64,000 nucleotides of DNA from positions 64,001 to 128,000 of the IMG/VR virus record IMGVR_UViG_3300036772_000367. The stretch is one strand, 5' to 3'. Each line of letters opens with the position of its first letter. Position 1 is the first letter of the stretch. The position numbers and the translations under genes were made by a program. The DNA is from a virus. This document shows, piece by piece, positions 29,964 to 41,623 of this stretch. The notes below the pieces were generated by a model. That model was not told the origin of the DNA. It worked only from the letters and a program-made list of their open reading frames with translations, and made no database searches.

Positions 29964-30404
29964 GTGGACGTGGAGACTTTTGCTCTGGTGCACGGAGATC
30001 TGATGGTGGACAGTTCCGGTCAACTGTTGACTTACTCGGGTCCTAATCGTATTCGCCAGGATCTTCAATTGGCGCTCTCAGAGGAGTACGGAGCAGACCA
30101 TTTCCACCCGAAGTGGGGATCTATCGTCAAGAGCTACATCGGCAATCCCATCACACCCAGCCTTGAGCTGCTTGTTCAAGCCGAAGTAAATCGGGTAGTG
30201 CAGAACTACATAACTCTTCAACAATCCTCGGTACTGCGTAGCACTACTTTTGATATTGCCGGAGTATTTGATACCTCGGATGTCGTACAAAGTGTAGGGC
30301 CACTGCGCGTGTCGACCGCTTACGACACGATTTACATCTCTGCCACTTTGACTACCGTGGATCGTCAGACAATCACCATTACCCAGCAGGTGAGCAATGC
30401 CTAG
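29964..30404 (+). CDS. Baseplate wedge protein (gp25-like)
   Basis: GDL...QDLQLALSEEYGADHFHPKWGS. Confidence 0.85.
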   Translation: MDVETFALVHGDLMVDSSGQLLTYSGPNRIRQDLQLALSEEYGADHFHPKWGSIVKSYIGNPITPSLELLVQAEVNRVVQNYITLQQSSVLRSTTFDIAGVFDTSDVVQSVGPLRVSTAYDTIYISATLTTVDRQTITITQQVSNA

Positions 30405-32238
30405 TGCTGCGGATATTGCTAGCAACATGATTGCGGCACTCCAGGTGTCTATTCCAAACTTGGACACCTCGATCGGCACACCGTTGCGTCATGTACTGGA
30501 CTCGCTCAGCGAACAGATCGCTGAGGCGTACACAGATGGTTATCTGATCAACTACCAGTACGACATCGACTCCAAGGTCGGTGGTGACCTGGATGACTTC
30601 TGTTCGCTGTTCGGGATTACACGTATTCCCGCGCAGCGGGCCACGGGCGTCGTGACCTTCAGCCGACCGAGTGACGCGAACACACTGGCCACGATCGTGA
30701 CGATCCCGCCGGGCTCGCAAGAGATCGCGATGACCAACCCGATCGTCTACTGCCAGACCACGGTGTCGGCCATCATGAACGTCAATGACTCCACGGCGAA
30801 TGTGCCTGTGCAAGCCGTGGTAGCGGGTTCTCAGGGTAATGTGCCGGCTGGGCTGCTCAACACGATCGCCTCGGCGCTCAGTGGTATCACCTCCTGCACC
30901 AACACCAGCGCTCTCACCGGAGGTCAGGACCGGGAGTCCGACACAGACCTGCGGACGCGCTTCAAGCAGACTGTGTTTCGTTCCCTGGCGGGCACCTCGG
31001 CCATGTATCAGGCCATTGCACAGTCCGTTCCGCAGAACCCCACTACGGCTTCGACGTTCGCGGTGAAATTCACCAACATCATTGGCTCCTCGAAGCGTTG
31101 GCAAGAACAACTTCAGGTTGTCAGTGGCACAGCCACCAGTACGGTGACGAATGCGGCCTACATCTTTCCCGACAACGTCTTCTGCGCGGTAGATCTATCC
31201 TCGGGCGTTTTCCTCAACCAAGAAACAGATTTCAGCTTTGCCCCCACCAATCCCACGGATGGGATCAGCAACGCTAGTGCGGTGCTGACATCCTTGAGTT
31301 CCACCACGATGCCAGATGGACTATACGATCTGGACTTCGAGTATGTACCGCAGGCATCACGCAATGATCCCGGCAATACAAGGTTCGGCCAGGGTGGTAT
31401 TAATAATCGCATTGACGTCTGGTGCAACGGTAGTATTCCACAGTCGGCGACGCAGAATGTGGTCTTCTCGACGGCACTGACGTTCTCGACGTTGTCGACG
31501 AGTCCGTACTACAACGTCAAGTACAGCATCGGTAAGACGGGATCACAGACGCCGACGGCTGGGCAAATCTTCGTTCCCCTGAGTTATGGGCCCATTCTCA
31601 ATGTCCCTTTGACACTAACGATAGGCGGCACTGTCTACAATTATCTTACAGATTACTTCGCGGTGCATCGCACTGACTGTTTCGGCTACACCATGAACAG
31701 CACCTTCGGTCTTGCGTGGACCACTACCTCCGGCCGCATCCCGGCCAACGGCTCCATCATCACGCTGACCTACACCTACAACCAGGTGCCGTCTTTGGTT
31801 CAGCAATCGATGGAACAGTGGCGGCTGGTGGGCACCGATGCCAAGGCGCACGCGGGCAAAACCATCCCTCTGTTGTTCAATTTCGCCATCGTGTTCGATC
31901 AACGTTTCGACTCGACAGCGGTGACGACGAGCATCAACGATGCCCTAGCTGCTTATCTCAGTACCATTGGGTTCGATGCGACCCTCAGGGTGGCTGGAGT
32001 TCTCAACGTCGTCAGCAATGTGGCGGGAGTACTCAATGCACGATTTCTGACCAGTACCGACAACAGTGGGCAGTATGCTATCTGTCGGATGTCCAACTGG
32101 GTGCCGAACACTATCGTCAGCATTTACAATCAAGGTGGCCGAGCCACAGACATTGCATTCGCCGATGATCAATACCCCGTTTTTTCAGCGACGAACATTG
32201 TGACCAAGGCGCAAAACACTTTCACTATCGGAGCATAA
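30397..32238 (+). CDS. Baseplate J-like protein
   Basis: LDDFCSLFGITR...ATGVVTF...G.QGNV...TGGQDRESDTDLRTR. Confidence 0.9.
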   Translation: MPSAADIASNMIAALQVSIPNLDTSIGTPLRHVLDSLSEQIAEAYTDGYLINYQYDIDSKVGGDLDDFCSLFGITRIPAQRATGVVTFSRPSDANTLATIVTIPPGSQEIAMTNPIVYCQTTVSAIMNVNDSTANVPVQAVVAGSQGNVPAGLLNTIASALSGITSCTNTSALTGGQDRESDTDLRTRFKQTVFRSLAGTSAMYQAIAQSVPQNPTTASTFAVKFTNIIGSSKRWQEQLQVVSGTATSTVTNAAYIFPDNVFCAVDLSSGVFLNQETDFSFAPTNPTDGISNASAVLTSLSSTTMPDGLYDLDFEYVPQASRNDPGNTRFGQGGINNRIDVWCNGSIPQSATQNVVFSTALTFSTLSTSPYYNVKYSIGKTGSQTPTAGQIFVPLSYGPILNVPLTLTIGGTVYNYLTDYFAVHRTDCFGYTMNSTFGLAWTTTSGRIPANGSIITLTYTYNQVPSLVQQSMEQWRLVGTDAKAHAGKTIPLLFNFAIVFDQRFDSTAVTTSINDALAAYLSTIGFDATLRVAGVLNVVSNVAGVLNARFLTSTDNSGQYAICRMSNWVPNTIVSIYNQGGRATDIAFADDQYPVFSATNIVTKAQNTFTIGA

Positions 32239-33549
32239 ATGACAACTCCGGTGAACGGTTCCATCTTCAACTCGAACCTACCCAGTTTCTTCGACAAGTT
32301 CTCGTCAGCGGCAGCCCAGGACTTGATGACGCTTCAGCTCGTTGCTGGGCAGCTGGAGCCCTCCGGTGGCATCGTCACGGTGACCAATCCGATCATTCCC
32401 GATCGGACCGTCGCACAACGCATGAATAACTTCGACCCGACGATCTACGATCTCCGAGACCAGTCCACCTTGATGAAGATCATGAAGGTGCTCCTGGGAG
32501 GTGCTGGGGCCGGTGGGCTCCGCAAGCAGTCAGCGATCGCTCGGCTACAGAACACCTTCTCGGGGATGCACTTCCTGGACCTGGATCGTTTTTACGGCGC
32601 ACTGTTCGGGATCTCCCGGACTGCTCAAGAGGGTGCGCCGGATATCGACTTCGATCCCTACCACGATGCCACCGATCCAGCATCCTGGGATGACCTTCAG
32701 GCACGCGATGCCAGCTACCGCGATCGATTGATCAAATTCGCCAAGAGCATCTACTTCGGAGGATCGGTCGCCGGCATCACTGCAATGGCCGAATCCTTGA
32801 TCGGCGCGCAGGTGGATGTGTACGAGTCCTGGGAATGGGTGGACGAGGAAAACGCCGATGTCCTCGTGAACTCCACCTTGATCTATACGTACACGTTCTT
32901 GAACCGCAGTGTCGGAACATGGGCTGGATTGACGGGTCATACCTGGGCAGACTGGGGTGGTGGTACGTTGCCCTTCGTCGGGAGAACAGGTCAGCGCAAC
33001 CGCAGCGAGTTCATCCTTCAGCCGCATATCGCCCTCACGATCGACGAGCGATACGAGATCTTGCGGGTCATCAACACCTTCAAGCCTGCCGGAACCCAGT
33101 TCACCATCAATCCCGCTGGTCTGACTACACAGACTCCGATCAGTTTGCGAGCAGTCGCCGCCGATTCAGAATACTGGGCTATCATTCCCGTGACGGTACC
33201 CAACCCACAACTGGGTACGAATGTATATATTCCTAGTGGTGATATCACTGTTCGATCGGTTATTCAACAGAGGCCGGCATTCTCTCAGTTTCAAGGAGAT
33301 GACTGGTCGTATAACAATGACATTCTCGGTGTTACGTCATATACGATCGATAACGGCGTCACGAGTACGACAACGGATGATCAAACAGTGGTGTATTCCG
33401 ATAGCACTACCCGTACCTACGTAGCGGCAGCGGCCCCCATGACCGGCGCGCAGGCCATCTCGGCACGCATCGTGTCCGACGGCGTACTCACCGCGACCCC
33501 CTATGCTCCAACGAGAGGTTCCATCAACACCGCATTGGTGACCACATGA
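32239..33549 (+). CDS. Baseplate wedge / tail protein I-like
   Basis: DLDRFYGALFG...DASYRDRL...INTFKPAGT; follows J. Confidence 0.7.
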   Translation: MTTPVNGSIFNSNLPSFFDKFSSAAAQDLMTLQLVAGQLEPSGGIVTVTNPIIPDRTVAQRMNNFDPTIYDLRDQSTLMKIMKVLLGGAGAGGLRKQSAIARLQNTFSGMHFLDLDRFYGALFGISRTAQEGAPDIDFDPYHDATDPASWDDLQARDASYRDRLIKFAKSIYFGGSVAGITAMAESLIGAQVDVYESWEWVDEENADVLVNSTLIYTYTFLNRSVGTWAGLTGHTWADWGGGTLPFVGRTGQRNRSEFILQPHIALTIDERYEILRVINTFKPAGTQFTINPAGLTTQTPISLRAVAADSEYWAIIPVTVPNPQLGTNVYIPSGDITVRSVIQQRPAFSQFQGDDWSYNNDILGVTSYTIDNGVTSTTTDDQTVVYSDSTTRTYVAAAAPMTGAQAISARIVSDGVLTATPYAPTRGSINTALVTT

Positions 33550-36500
33550 CGACTCCGGCGAACACCCCCACCGGCTCGACGGTCGCAGTGCCGTGGGCGG
33601 ACACCATGTCGTTGGACACCCTCAACACGTCTCTGTCGGTGGACTCCACCACCGCCGTGGCGTTGCAGCAAGCCGTTGACACACAACGTTTTTGGGCTAC
33701 ACCACTACGTGCCGCCAGCGATTCGACCTACGACGTCATGCAGGTCACCCTGACCAGCCCTCGACTGGTCAATCAGTTGATCTTTGATGTCGCGATCTTC
33801 CCGCAGACCATCACTGTCGAGTACTACAACGACGCTGCCGCCGCCTGGCAGCCGCTCCTGCAACAGGGGTCGACCTCGGCGGTGTCCGTGACGCAAACGA
33901 TCAGTACGTCTTATCCGCTGGTGCTGCCACCGATCACCAACGTGACTGGCCATGTTCATCCGCAACACAGCTTCTCCGGTCACTGGCAGACCATCGAGTT
34001 CAACACCCAACCGGTCACTGCGCGGCTGTTTCGTGTGCTGCTGATTCGTAGCACCAATGGTGTCGCCCCTACCGATGTCTTCGGAAATCCGGTTCCCTAT
34101 TCATTGGCTATTCGACACTTTTACCTCGGTTATGTGGTTCAGGCGCTGACGGATGTCCCGCTATCGTCGCCGGTCAATAGCGCATTGACCGGCGACGGAT
34201 CCTTCGCCTCTACGATTGATCTGCTGGGTTCCACCGTGAACTTCACCATGCAGACCAACGCGGCTGAGAACGTGCTCCGTAACCAGGCCACGCAGTCCAA
34301 TGTGGTGTGGAAGTGTGCCCCACAACCCTTTCCGTGGGCCGTGGTGGGTTTCTATGTTGACGCGCGTGACGTGAATGGTAACGCCCAGGTCATCGACCGA
34401 TTTTATCTAGAGCCGCTCTATACAGGACCAAGTGTCCACATCTACTACTCCAACGACACAGTGACCTCGGCCTACGCCGGAACTATCGAACCTCTCATTT
34501 ATCCCGAGGCCCAGACATTCGATCCGAACGGTGTCGGTGGCGATGTGCTGCATTCGGGCAGTGCAGGGACCGGAGCTACCGCGTTTGTCAAGGTCGATAA
34601 CCAAGTCTTGAGTTTCGATCCCAGTCGATCCTGGTGGGTAGGCGCCAGGGTCAACGACAAGACTGGACACCACACCGAGAACTATGACTCTCCTCTGTTC
34701 GATTGCGGTGCCTTCCGGATCTTCCTGACTCCGTTCGGTATGGCGTGCCGGACCGTCTACGGAGACACGCTGGCCATCGATCTGGACCCGTTTGATCCCG
34801 CCACCACCTTGACGTGGATGGTGGCCTACGACGGCGTGGACACCCTGTCGATCAATGCCCAGGCGGGACCGGTCACCTACACCGGCTCGATGCCGCTGCC
34901 CGTTCCGTTGAGTGGCGCCACGGTGACGATGCTGAGCATCGGGGCCTTCCTCGGTGCTGTGCCGGGAGTCAACAATTTCGACTTCCAGGACTTCGTACTC
35001 AAGACCGATGATGTGCCCAACGCGGCTACCATCCAGGACTTCCTGACCCATCCGGACGCCTACGTTCAGGTGGCCGCGTTCGCCTCTCAGACCGACCCTC
35101 GCACACAGAATGCTCTGCTGCGGTATCACCCGGGCTGGGTCACCAACGACGTCCCCAGCGGCTTCATCGGCGGTGAACCCAACCAGTACGATGAACTGGT
35201 CTGGTCTCCCATCGCGCGGGACTACACCCTCACCAAGGGTAACTTCGACGTCCCGGCAACCAAGGCGAAGTACTGGAAGTTCGAGTTCAGCAGCCTGATC
35301 CCGGAGCCCTACGAGGTGTACAAGCCGATCACCTCCGTTGTGCGCACCTTCAGCAGCACGATGACCGGGGTCAGCAGCACCACCAACAATTTCCCGATCA
35401 CCCCACAGACACCCCAAGGTGTACAGCTCCAGGCGACCTATCAAGTAAACAATGCTTTGACGTCCGGTTTCGATCGCGTCTTCACACAGACCGGAACTGG
35501 TGCGGCAGCCTTGGGGTTGACGCCGACGCAGGCGCGCGTGCTGGTGGACAACAATTCTCGTGTCCTCGTGGGGAAAGCCTACTGGGCCTGGAACTTTTTG
35601 CCGGTACACTCATCACCTGTCGTGACGTCGTTCGTGGGCACCACGAAGCATGTTTACGAGACGATCAACGTCACACAGACCTCGAAGATCGCTTATTTTG
35701 TGGGACTGGTATCGATCGCTGCGTATCGATTGGATGCGCTCGCCACCGACGACACCATCCGATATGTTGACAACTTCTACGATCTGGCGAACATCGCGCA
35801 AGACACGAACTGGACGTTGGTGGCCGATCACCAGCTCACCTCGGGTGCATCCCAGTATGCGGTGTTGCAGTCGCAACCGTTGAACTCCACACGCATTGTC
35901 ACGGCTGTGCAGTTCGCTGCCCAGCAGTCGGATCCGATCCAGTATCTGCCTGACTCCGATTTCAGCGATCCTACGCATGTTAACTGGGCTGCTGTGGGAG
36001 ATGCCAATCTGGCACCCGGCATCACCGTGGACACCACGGTTGGCAATACTATTCAGATCAGTCGAGCGTCGGTGCCGAATAACTGGTCGATCATTGAGAC
36101 CGGCTATCCAGCGTGGCACAATATCACTGATCTTAATCTGAGCTGGTCGCGATTGGCCACCAGTGCACAGAACACCGCATTGGAAGGTGGCATCACTTCC
36201 GGCGCTATCACATTGCCTGCTGGAGGTCGTATCACGGCCGCTGCACGAGTGATTACCGCAACCGATCTGACGAGTCCGCTGGTCGTTCAGATCGTGAATG
36301 ACCAGAACAATCAGGTGGTGTCCGAGAGTCAGGCTGATGTCACAGCGCATCAGGTCACGGAGTGGTATACCAGTTTCACTCTAGGTGATGTTGCTGTAGC
36401 TCCGTGGCGGTGGTCGGACTTTGTGTCGGCGCCCGTGGCACAGCTGTTCGTTGATGGCTTCCACCACCCTAGTGGTCGACCGCTGCCGGCCATGGATAGC

Positions 36501-39209
36501 GGTCAGGCGTGGTCCTCCGACTTGGGTAACCAAGGACAGTCTCTGTCTCTGTCCATTGTGAACAACGCTGCCCAGGTCACCACGGATGGTCAGTACAACT
36601 ACGTAGACGTGCGGCAACCGTGGGGAACCCTGGAGTTCCAGGCCGGCACCATTGGCAACAGCGAGACGTTGCTGAACTTGATCGTCAACCCGATCTTCTT
36701 CAGCACCACTACGGGTTGGACGGCCACGGACAACCCGACTCTTACACTGGGGCAAAACGCTGGTCTGGATGGACAGACCTCGTATCTTCAGATCACGTCG
36801 ACCGACGCCACAGTGCACACCACGATCGCCCAGACGGCGATGATTCTTAATATCACGCCGAACTTCACTTACCGGTGGGCCGTCGACCTGACTGGTTCCA
36901 TCCCAGGTAACGTCGTCACGATGTCGGTGCAGTGGTATAACTCCAGTAATACATTGATCTCCACATCTTCTTCCAACATCACGATTACATCGGGATGGAA
37001 TCATTTCGATGTATTTCTCACCGCACCCACTGGGGCGGTGAAAGCGATCCCTTTGTTGGATTTTGGTGTGATGGCTATCGGCAGTACCGTTAGTTTCACG
37101 AATGCCTACTTCCAAGTGGGCTCTACCAGTAGCTCGATCGATCTCATTCCTAACTCTTCCTTCGAAGTCAATACCACCGGCTGGGTAGGCATCGGGAGTC
37201 CGACCATCACGCGAGTCTCGGGTGGTAGCCCACAGGGAGGCTCTTTCTCGGCACAGGTGAAATCTACCCAAGCCACGACACCCACCTTCTTCCTCCTATC
37301 TACGAATATACCCAGTATTCAGCCTGGAATTACTTATGATTTCGCAGTTGATGTGAACCCTTCAGGGATCACCGCGATCAGTCTTCAGGTCAACTGGTAC
37401 GATTCGTCTGGCACTAATTTGTTGTCCCAGGTAGCTAGTACCTTCAGTGGTCTGGTGACTGGCTGGCAGACCCTGACTGTGCACTTCCTGGCACCTACCA
37501 ACGCTGCCTACGCATTGGCCATTGTGGGTGGAGGAGTGATGCCGATTAATTCCACCTTTAATGTGGACAATGTTTTCTTTGGTGTTCCCACGCACAATGC
37601 GCTGGTGATATTCGATCCTTTTATGATCGACGAGCTGGGTGTGCTTGATGATAATGGAGGAACACCACTACCAGCGGCATACGACACGAATGTCTTGACG
37701 TCGAGCAATACATCACGGTTCGTGCAACCCAACGACGACATCCGGGTAGATATCCTACCGACTTATCTAGTACCTGGTAACAGGCAGGATATTGCTCATT
37801 CGTCCAATCCCGACCCGGTGGTGTGGCCCTACAGCTTGATGTTCTTTCTCAACGGCACCTGGATGCGCACCGTCTCCCACGACCTAGGGGCGCGATCGCT
37901 ACGAGAGATCAAGGGGCGCTTGGGCCAGCGGTTCCTCAGCTGGTCGTGGACACCCTTCAAGTACAGCCAGCTGCTCAGCAATGTGATTATGTACCTGCCC
38001 CGACTGGATAAGGGGCAGTGGATCGACTCGATCTCTCAAACCACCTTCCAGAGCGTCACCGGCACGACGTGGAAGGCCACCGGGAGCTGGGATCTCGCTA
38101 CTCCTGCCGAACGGATCTATGCCGACAACTACGGGCCGCCGCTGACCGTGGTGACGTCCGGTTCAACCCTGACGACGGACGTGGGTGTCTGGTACGGCGC
38201 GATGACCGCATACGTACGCAATATCGCCACCGGAGTGACTGGTGGCCCCCATGGTGACGTCTTGGTGTTGGATGCGGACAACGGTGTGACGCTGAACTAC
38301 GCGGGCAACATCATGCGATCGGGCACCAGTTACGGCAACCTCATCCCCGGAGGGGTGCCGACCAACGCCATGGTCACCGTGCAGTGGGTTCGGACGTCGG
38401 TGGTCACCGCCGCGACGAGGGGCACCATCAACGCCACCACCTTCCCGGACATGATTATCGGCAAGGTCAACGGTCAGATCGTGGGCACCTTCGCCTCAGC
38501 CCAACTGGCGACCTGGCGTGGGACCAAGCGCGGAGTCAGCGGGGACATCTACAACCCCGGTGGCGGCTCGCGGCCGACGAACCTGCCCAACTACCTGTTG
38601 GATACGTCCTTCCGGTCGTTCCACTGGGCACCCGATGCCTCTCTGGTGTCCCAGGATCCGACGAAACCCACCTGGAACGACATCACGAACTACAACTCGA
38701 TCACCTACACCCAGGTCATCCGAGGACGCGTCCTGACCTTCCCGGCCCTCCGTGCTCAGGTAGTGCAGTACGGACAGAGCCATGACGTGTGGGATCTGGA
38801 CAATCTGTCCTTGTTTGTCGATCCCGTTGTATGGAGCTTCTCCAATGATGGTGGTACGACATTCTTTCCCGCCTACGACATTCGCAATAATCCTTCGGGT
38901 GTGTTGTCATTCCCTACCTCCACCGTGGTGACGTCCCTGGGTCGCACCCCTGGCACCACGCTGACGTGGCGAGCTACTTCCTACGCGCCGGATCGGATCA
39001 TCTCCAGCATCGTGATCCGGCCTTGGTATGCCGGGCTGATCTCCGGAGCGACACATCGAGTGGGCGTGGGTACGACCGGGCCGAACCTGTCGGTCAATGA
39101 TCAAACTCCGCCCTTGAGCCAAGACCCGGCATTCCAGGTATGGGACTCTCCCGTGCCTCAGAGCTGGTGGTATCAGTTCAAACTGGTCCAGCGCGCCAAG
39201 ACGTCGTAG
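33546..39209 (+). CDS. Large minor tail protein with two carbohydrate-binding-like modules
   Basis: 1887 aa, beta-rich; NLIVNPIF...TGW and DLIPNSSFEVNTTGW repeats. Confidence 0.8.
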   Translation: MTTPANTPTGSTVAVPWADTMSLDTLNTSLSVDSTTAVALQQAVDTQRFWATPLRAASDSTYDVMQVTLTSPRLVNQLIFDVAIFPQTITVEYYNDAAAAWQPLLQQGSTSAVSVTQTISTSYPLVLPPITNVTGHVHPQHSFSGHWQTIEFNTQPVTARLFRVLLIRSTNGVAPTDVFGNPVPYSLAIRHFYLGYVVQALTDVPLSSPVNSALTGDGSFASTIDLLGSTVNFTMQTNAAENVLRNQATQSNVVWKCAPQPFPWAVVGFYVDARDVNGNAQVIDRFYLEPLYTGPSVHIYYSNDTVTSAYAGTIEPLIYPEAQTFDPNGVGGDVLHSGSAGTGATAFVKVDNQVLSFDPSRSWWVGARVNDKTGHHTENYDSPLFDCGAFRIFLTPFGMACRTVYGDTLAIDLDPFDPATTLTWMVAYDGVDTLSINAQAGPVTYTGSMPLPVPLSGATVTMLSIGAFLGAVPGVNNFDFQDFVLKTDDVPNAATIQDFLTHPDAYVQVAAFASQTDPRTQNALLRYHPGWVTNDVPSGFIGGEPNQYDELVWSPIARDYTLTKGNFDVPATKAKYWKFEFSSLIPEPYEVYKPITSVVRTFSSTMTGVSSTTNNFPITPQTPQGVQLQATYQVNNALTSGFDRVFTQTGTGAAALGLTPTQARVLVDNNSRVLVGKAYWAWNFLPVHSSPVVTSFVGTTKHVYETINVTQTSKIAYFVGLVSIAAYRLDALATDDTIRYVDNFYDLANIAQDTNWTLVADHQLTSGASQYAVLQSQPLNSTRIVTAVQFAAQQSDPIQYLPDSDFSDPTHVNWAAVGDANLAPGITVDTTVGNTIQISRASVPNNWSIIETGYPAWHNITDLNLSWSRLATSAQNTALEGGITSGAITLPAGGRITAAARVITATDLTSPLVVQIVNDQNNQVVSESQADVTAHQVTEWYTSFTLGDVAVAPWRWSDFVSAPVAQLFVDGFHHPSGRPLPAMDSGQAWSSDLGNQGQSLSLSIVNNAAQVTTDGQYNYVDVRQPWGTLEFQAGTIGNSETLLNLIVNPIFFSTTTGWTATDNPTLTLGQNAGLDGQTSYLQITSTDATVHTTIAQTAMILNITPNFTYRWAVDLTGSIPGNVVTMSVQWYNSSNTLISTSSSNITITSGWNHFDVFLTAPTGAVKAIPLLDFGVMAIGSTVSFTNAYFQVGSTSSSIDLIPNSSFEVNTTGWVGIGSPTITRVSGGSPQGGSFSAQVKSTQATTPTFFLLSTNIPSIQPGITYDFAVDVNPSGITAISLQVNWYDSSGTNLLSQVASTFSGLVTGWQTLTVHFLAPTNAAYALAIVGGGVMPINSTFNVDNVFFGVPTHNALVIFDPFMIDELGVLDDNGGTPLPAAYDTNVLTSSNTSRFVQPNDDIRVDILPTYLVPGNRQDIAHSSNPDPVVWPYSLMFFLNGTWMRTVSHDLGARSLREIKGRLGQRFLSWSWTPFKYSQLLSNVIMYLPRLDKGQWIDSISQTTFQSVTGTTWKATGSWDLATPAERIYADNYGPPLTVVTSGSTLTTDVGVWYGAMTAYVRNIATGVTGGPHGDVLVLDADNGVTLNYAGNIMRSGTSYGNLIPGGVPTNAMVTVQWVRTSVVTAATRGTINATTFPDMIIGKVNGQIVGTFASAQLATWRGTKRGVSGDIYNPGGGSRPTNLPNYLLDTSFRSFHWAPDASLVSQDPTKPTWNDITNYNSITYTQVIRGRVLTFPALRAQVVQYGQSHDVWDLDNLSLFVDPVVWSFSNDGGTTFFPAYDIRNNPSGVLSFPTSTVVTSLGRTPGTTLTWRATSYAPDRIISSIVIRPWYAGLISGATHRVGVGTTGPNLSVNDQTPPLSQDPAFQVWDSPVPQSWWYQFKLVQRAKTS

Positions 39210-39343
39210 CACCCACACAAGGAGGAAACCTCCGAGCAACTGCACGTTGTGGCCAACCTGAAGGTTGAAGTTGTTTGCCTTCGGGTATCTTGTCCTGTCA
39301 TACTGCGGATACCATACCGACGAACCTGGAGAAAGGGGGCCGC

Positions 39344-39661
39344 GTGTCTCTCGACCTTGCGGTCTCCCAGGCGCTGATGCGAGCACGCGCGTTGGAGCGT
39401 GCCCTACACGACGCGGGCCCATGGACCATCTGCGTAGATTCACCGAAGAATCGTTGCAAGTTGGCCGTTACCGCAACTCGTCATATCACTCATGATGCAG
39501 TCACCTTCTCCATTCCTTACCTCCTATGTGATGGTGGAGAACGTCAAGTCACACTTGCTTGTCGTGGAGATGAAATTCTCGTACGGGTGATGCGATTGGA
39601 TGGATACGGCATCATCAACCTGGATTGGGAACTACGGCTGTCCGACCCTGTCGCGGCATGA
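39344..39661 (+). CDS. Hypothetical protein
   Basis: AAGGGGG RBS before GTG; ATGA overlap with the helicase gene. Confidence 0.6.
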   Translation: MSLDLAVSQALMRARALERALHDAGPWTICVDSPKNRCKLAVTATRHITHDAVTFSIPYLLCDGGERQVTLACRGDEILVRVMRLDGYGIINLDWELRLSDPVAA

Positions 39662-41304
39662 TTACTGTGGAGGACCGCGCTCGGATCACTCCGGCGCGGT
39701 CCTTGCCCAATGGTGAGTTCTTTTATTCACCACTAGGACTTTTTGGGTTCCAGGCGGACGGAGTCGCCCAGGCATACCTGGAGACCGAACCAGGTACTGC
39801 CGGGGGTGTGGTGGTCGTCTTCGACGCCGGTTTGGGCAAGACGGTGCTGGGCATCGGTGTGGCGGCCTACCTGTTTGATGATGAGAAGATCGACCTGTGC
39901 ATCGTCGTGTGTGAGCGCAACAAGATCCGAGACTGGCACACCGAATTTGAGAACTTCTCGGCACTGAGTGTCCACACGTATTACGGCCCTGGTCGCCAGA
40001 AGCGACTGGAAAAGGTCCTAGCTCAGGGTGAAGTTCACGTATTGGTGACCACCTACGAGACCGGCCGCAACGAGCTGATGAGTCGCATGACCAACGGTCG
40101 GCGAGGCAAGGGCACGAAAATGGACGGCCCGCTGTTCGAGGCTCTGCAATTGCATACTCGGCGGAGCTTGTGGCTGTTCGACGAGGGTACCCGGCTGGGT
40201 GGTCGCGCTACTCAGTTGCATCAGTCCTACGACTACGCGCTACGAGAACTGCGCAAAGGTCCACATCACCAGCGTGCCCTATCTCTGACGGCTACGCCGT
40301 TGGAGCGGGACATGGAAAGCTCTTACAACATGGGCCGCATCATCACGCCGACGACGATGCCAACTGTGGCTCGGTTCGAGGCCGACTACACCCGAGGAAA
40401 GGACGACTTCGGCCGGTATCAGTTCCGTCATGATCGCAAGGCTGATTTCGGTGCGATCTTCCGGCAGACCATGATCCGCAAGCGCAAGACCGACCTGGAC
40501 GTCATTGACCAGTTCCCCGCGCAGGTCGAGAAGTCCATCAAGGTAGACCTCTCTCCGCACCACCGAGAGCTGTACAGCCTCGTGCGGTCGTTGCTGGATC
40601 CGCCCGAAGGGCAGCCCGATGACCGGACGCCGGAGCAGTACGCGGCCGACGAACGAGCCTTGTTTCTCGCTCTTCGACTCACCGCCGGTCATCCGGCGGC
40701 TCATCTGCGGGCCCAGAATCGTCTCTCCCGCATCATCGCGGCGGAGATGGGGGAAACACTGCGGGCCATCAGTTCGTCCAAGAGCGACGAGCTGGTGGCC
40801 CGGCTTAGGCCGGTCATCAAGGGTCAAGGTGCGCAGGCGGTGGTGTTCACGTTCTTCGCCAACACGGTACTGCCGGACCTCGCCACCGACCTACGGCACG
40901 CTGGGTACACTGTGAGTACTTACTCGGGTGCTCAGAGTCACGACACCAACCTGGCGGCCGAGGACGAGTTCAAGGCCGGCAAGACCGAGATCTTGTTGAC
41001 GTCGGACTCCGGCTGCCGTGGGCTGAACCTGCCCAACGCCGAGTACGTGGTGGAGTATGAATCGGCCCTCACGCACGCCAAGCGCATCCAGCGGATCAAC
41101 CGCATCCACCGCATCACCAGCACGAAGCAACTGGTAACCTGCTACACGATGGTGGCACTGGATACCGTCGAAGAGGGCCTCGTCAACCTTATGCTCCGGC
41201 GCAACGAAGATCACGACATCCTGGTCGGGGACGAGGAAGACGGTACCCAGTTCGTCAGCGCGGCCGAACGCCGCGTGCTGTTGGACATCGCGCGCAAGCG
41301 CTAA
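39658..41304 (+). CDS. SNF2-like SF2 helicase
   Basis: DAGLGKT, TTYE, FDEG, LTATP, GLNL, QRINRIHR. Confidence 0.85.
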   Translation: MITVEDRARITPARSLPNGEFFYSPLGLFGFQADGVAQAYLETEPGTAGGVVVVFDAGLGKTVLGIGVAAYLFDDEKIDLCIVVCERNKIRDWHTEFENFSALSVHTYYGPGRQKRLEKVLAQGEVHVLVTTYETGRNELMSRMTNGRRGKGTKMDGPLFEALQLHTRRSLWLFDEGTRLGGRATQLHQSYDYALRELRKGPHHQRALSLTATPLERDMESSYNMGRIITPTTMPTVARFEADYTRGKDDFGRYQFRHDRKADFGAIFRQTMIRKRKTDLDVIDQFPAQVEKSIKVDLSPHHRELYSLVRSLLDPPEGQPDDRTPEQYAADERALFLALRLTAGHPAAHLRAQNRLSRIIAAEMGETLRAISSSKSDELVARLRPVIKGQGAQAVVFTFFANTVLPDLATDLRHAGYTVSTYSGAQSHDTNLAAEDEFKAGKTEILLTSDSGCRGLNLPNAEYVVEYESALTHAKRIQRINRIHRITSTKQLVTCYTMVALDTVEEGLVNLMLRRNEDHDILVGDEEDGTQFVSAAERRVLLDIARKR

Positions 41305-41329
41305 CCCGCACCAGAGGGTGCAACCACAT

Positions 41330-41623
41330 ATGAAGATCACTCGCGCCCATCTCGGTCACATCTACAACATCACCGAGCAACGCATTACCAGCTACCACGT
41401 AGAGGTCACGCGGACACCGCTGCACGTCGAGCTGGTGGATCAGTTTCATACACTGGCGCACCGGTTCACTCGACCGTTCCCACCGCTGTTCCGGGTCGTG
41501 TGTTGGTTGCTGTGTCAGCACACCGACGCAGGCATCGAGTCCTGGGTCTGGCGCAAGACGCAGCGCTGGGATTTCCCCCTCACCGACGAGCAACGAGACG
41601 AATTTCGGAGGCAGCTTCAGTGA
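41330..41623 (+). CDS. Hypothetical protein
   Basis: Coupled small ORF. Confidence 0.55.
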   Translation: MKITRAHLGHIYNITEQRITSYHVEVTRTPLHVELVDQFHTLAHRFTRPFPPLFRVVCWLLCQHTDAGIESWVWRKTQRWDFPLTDEQRDEFRRQLQ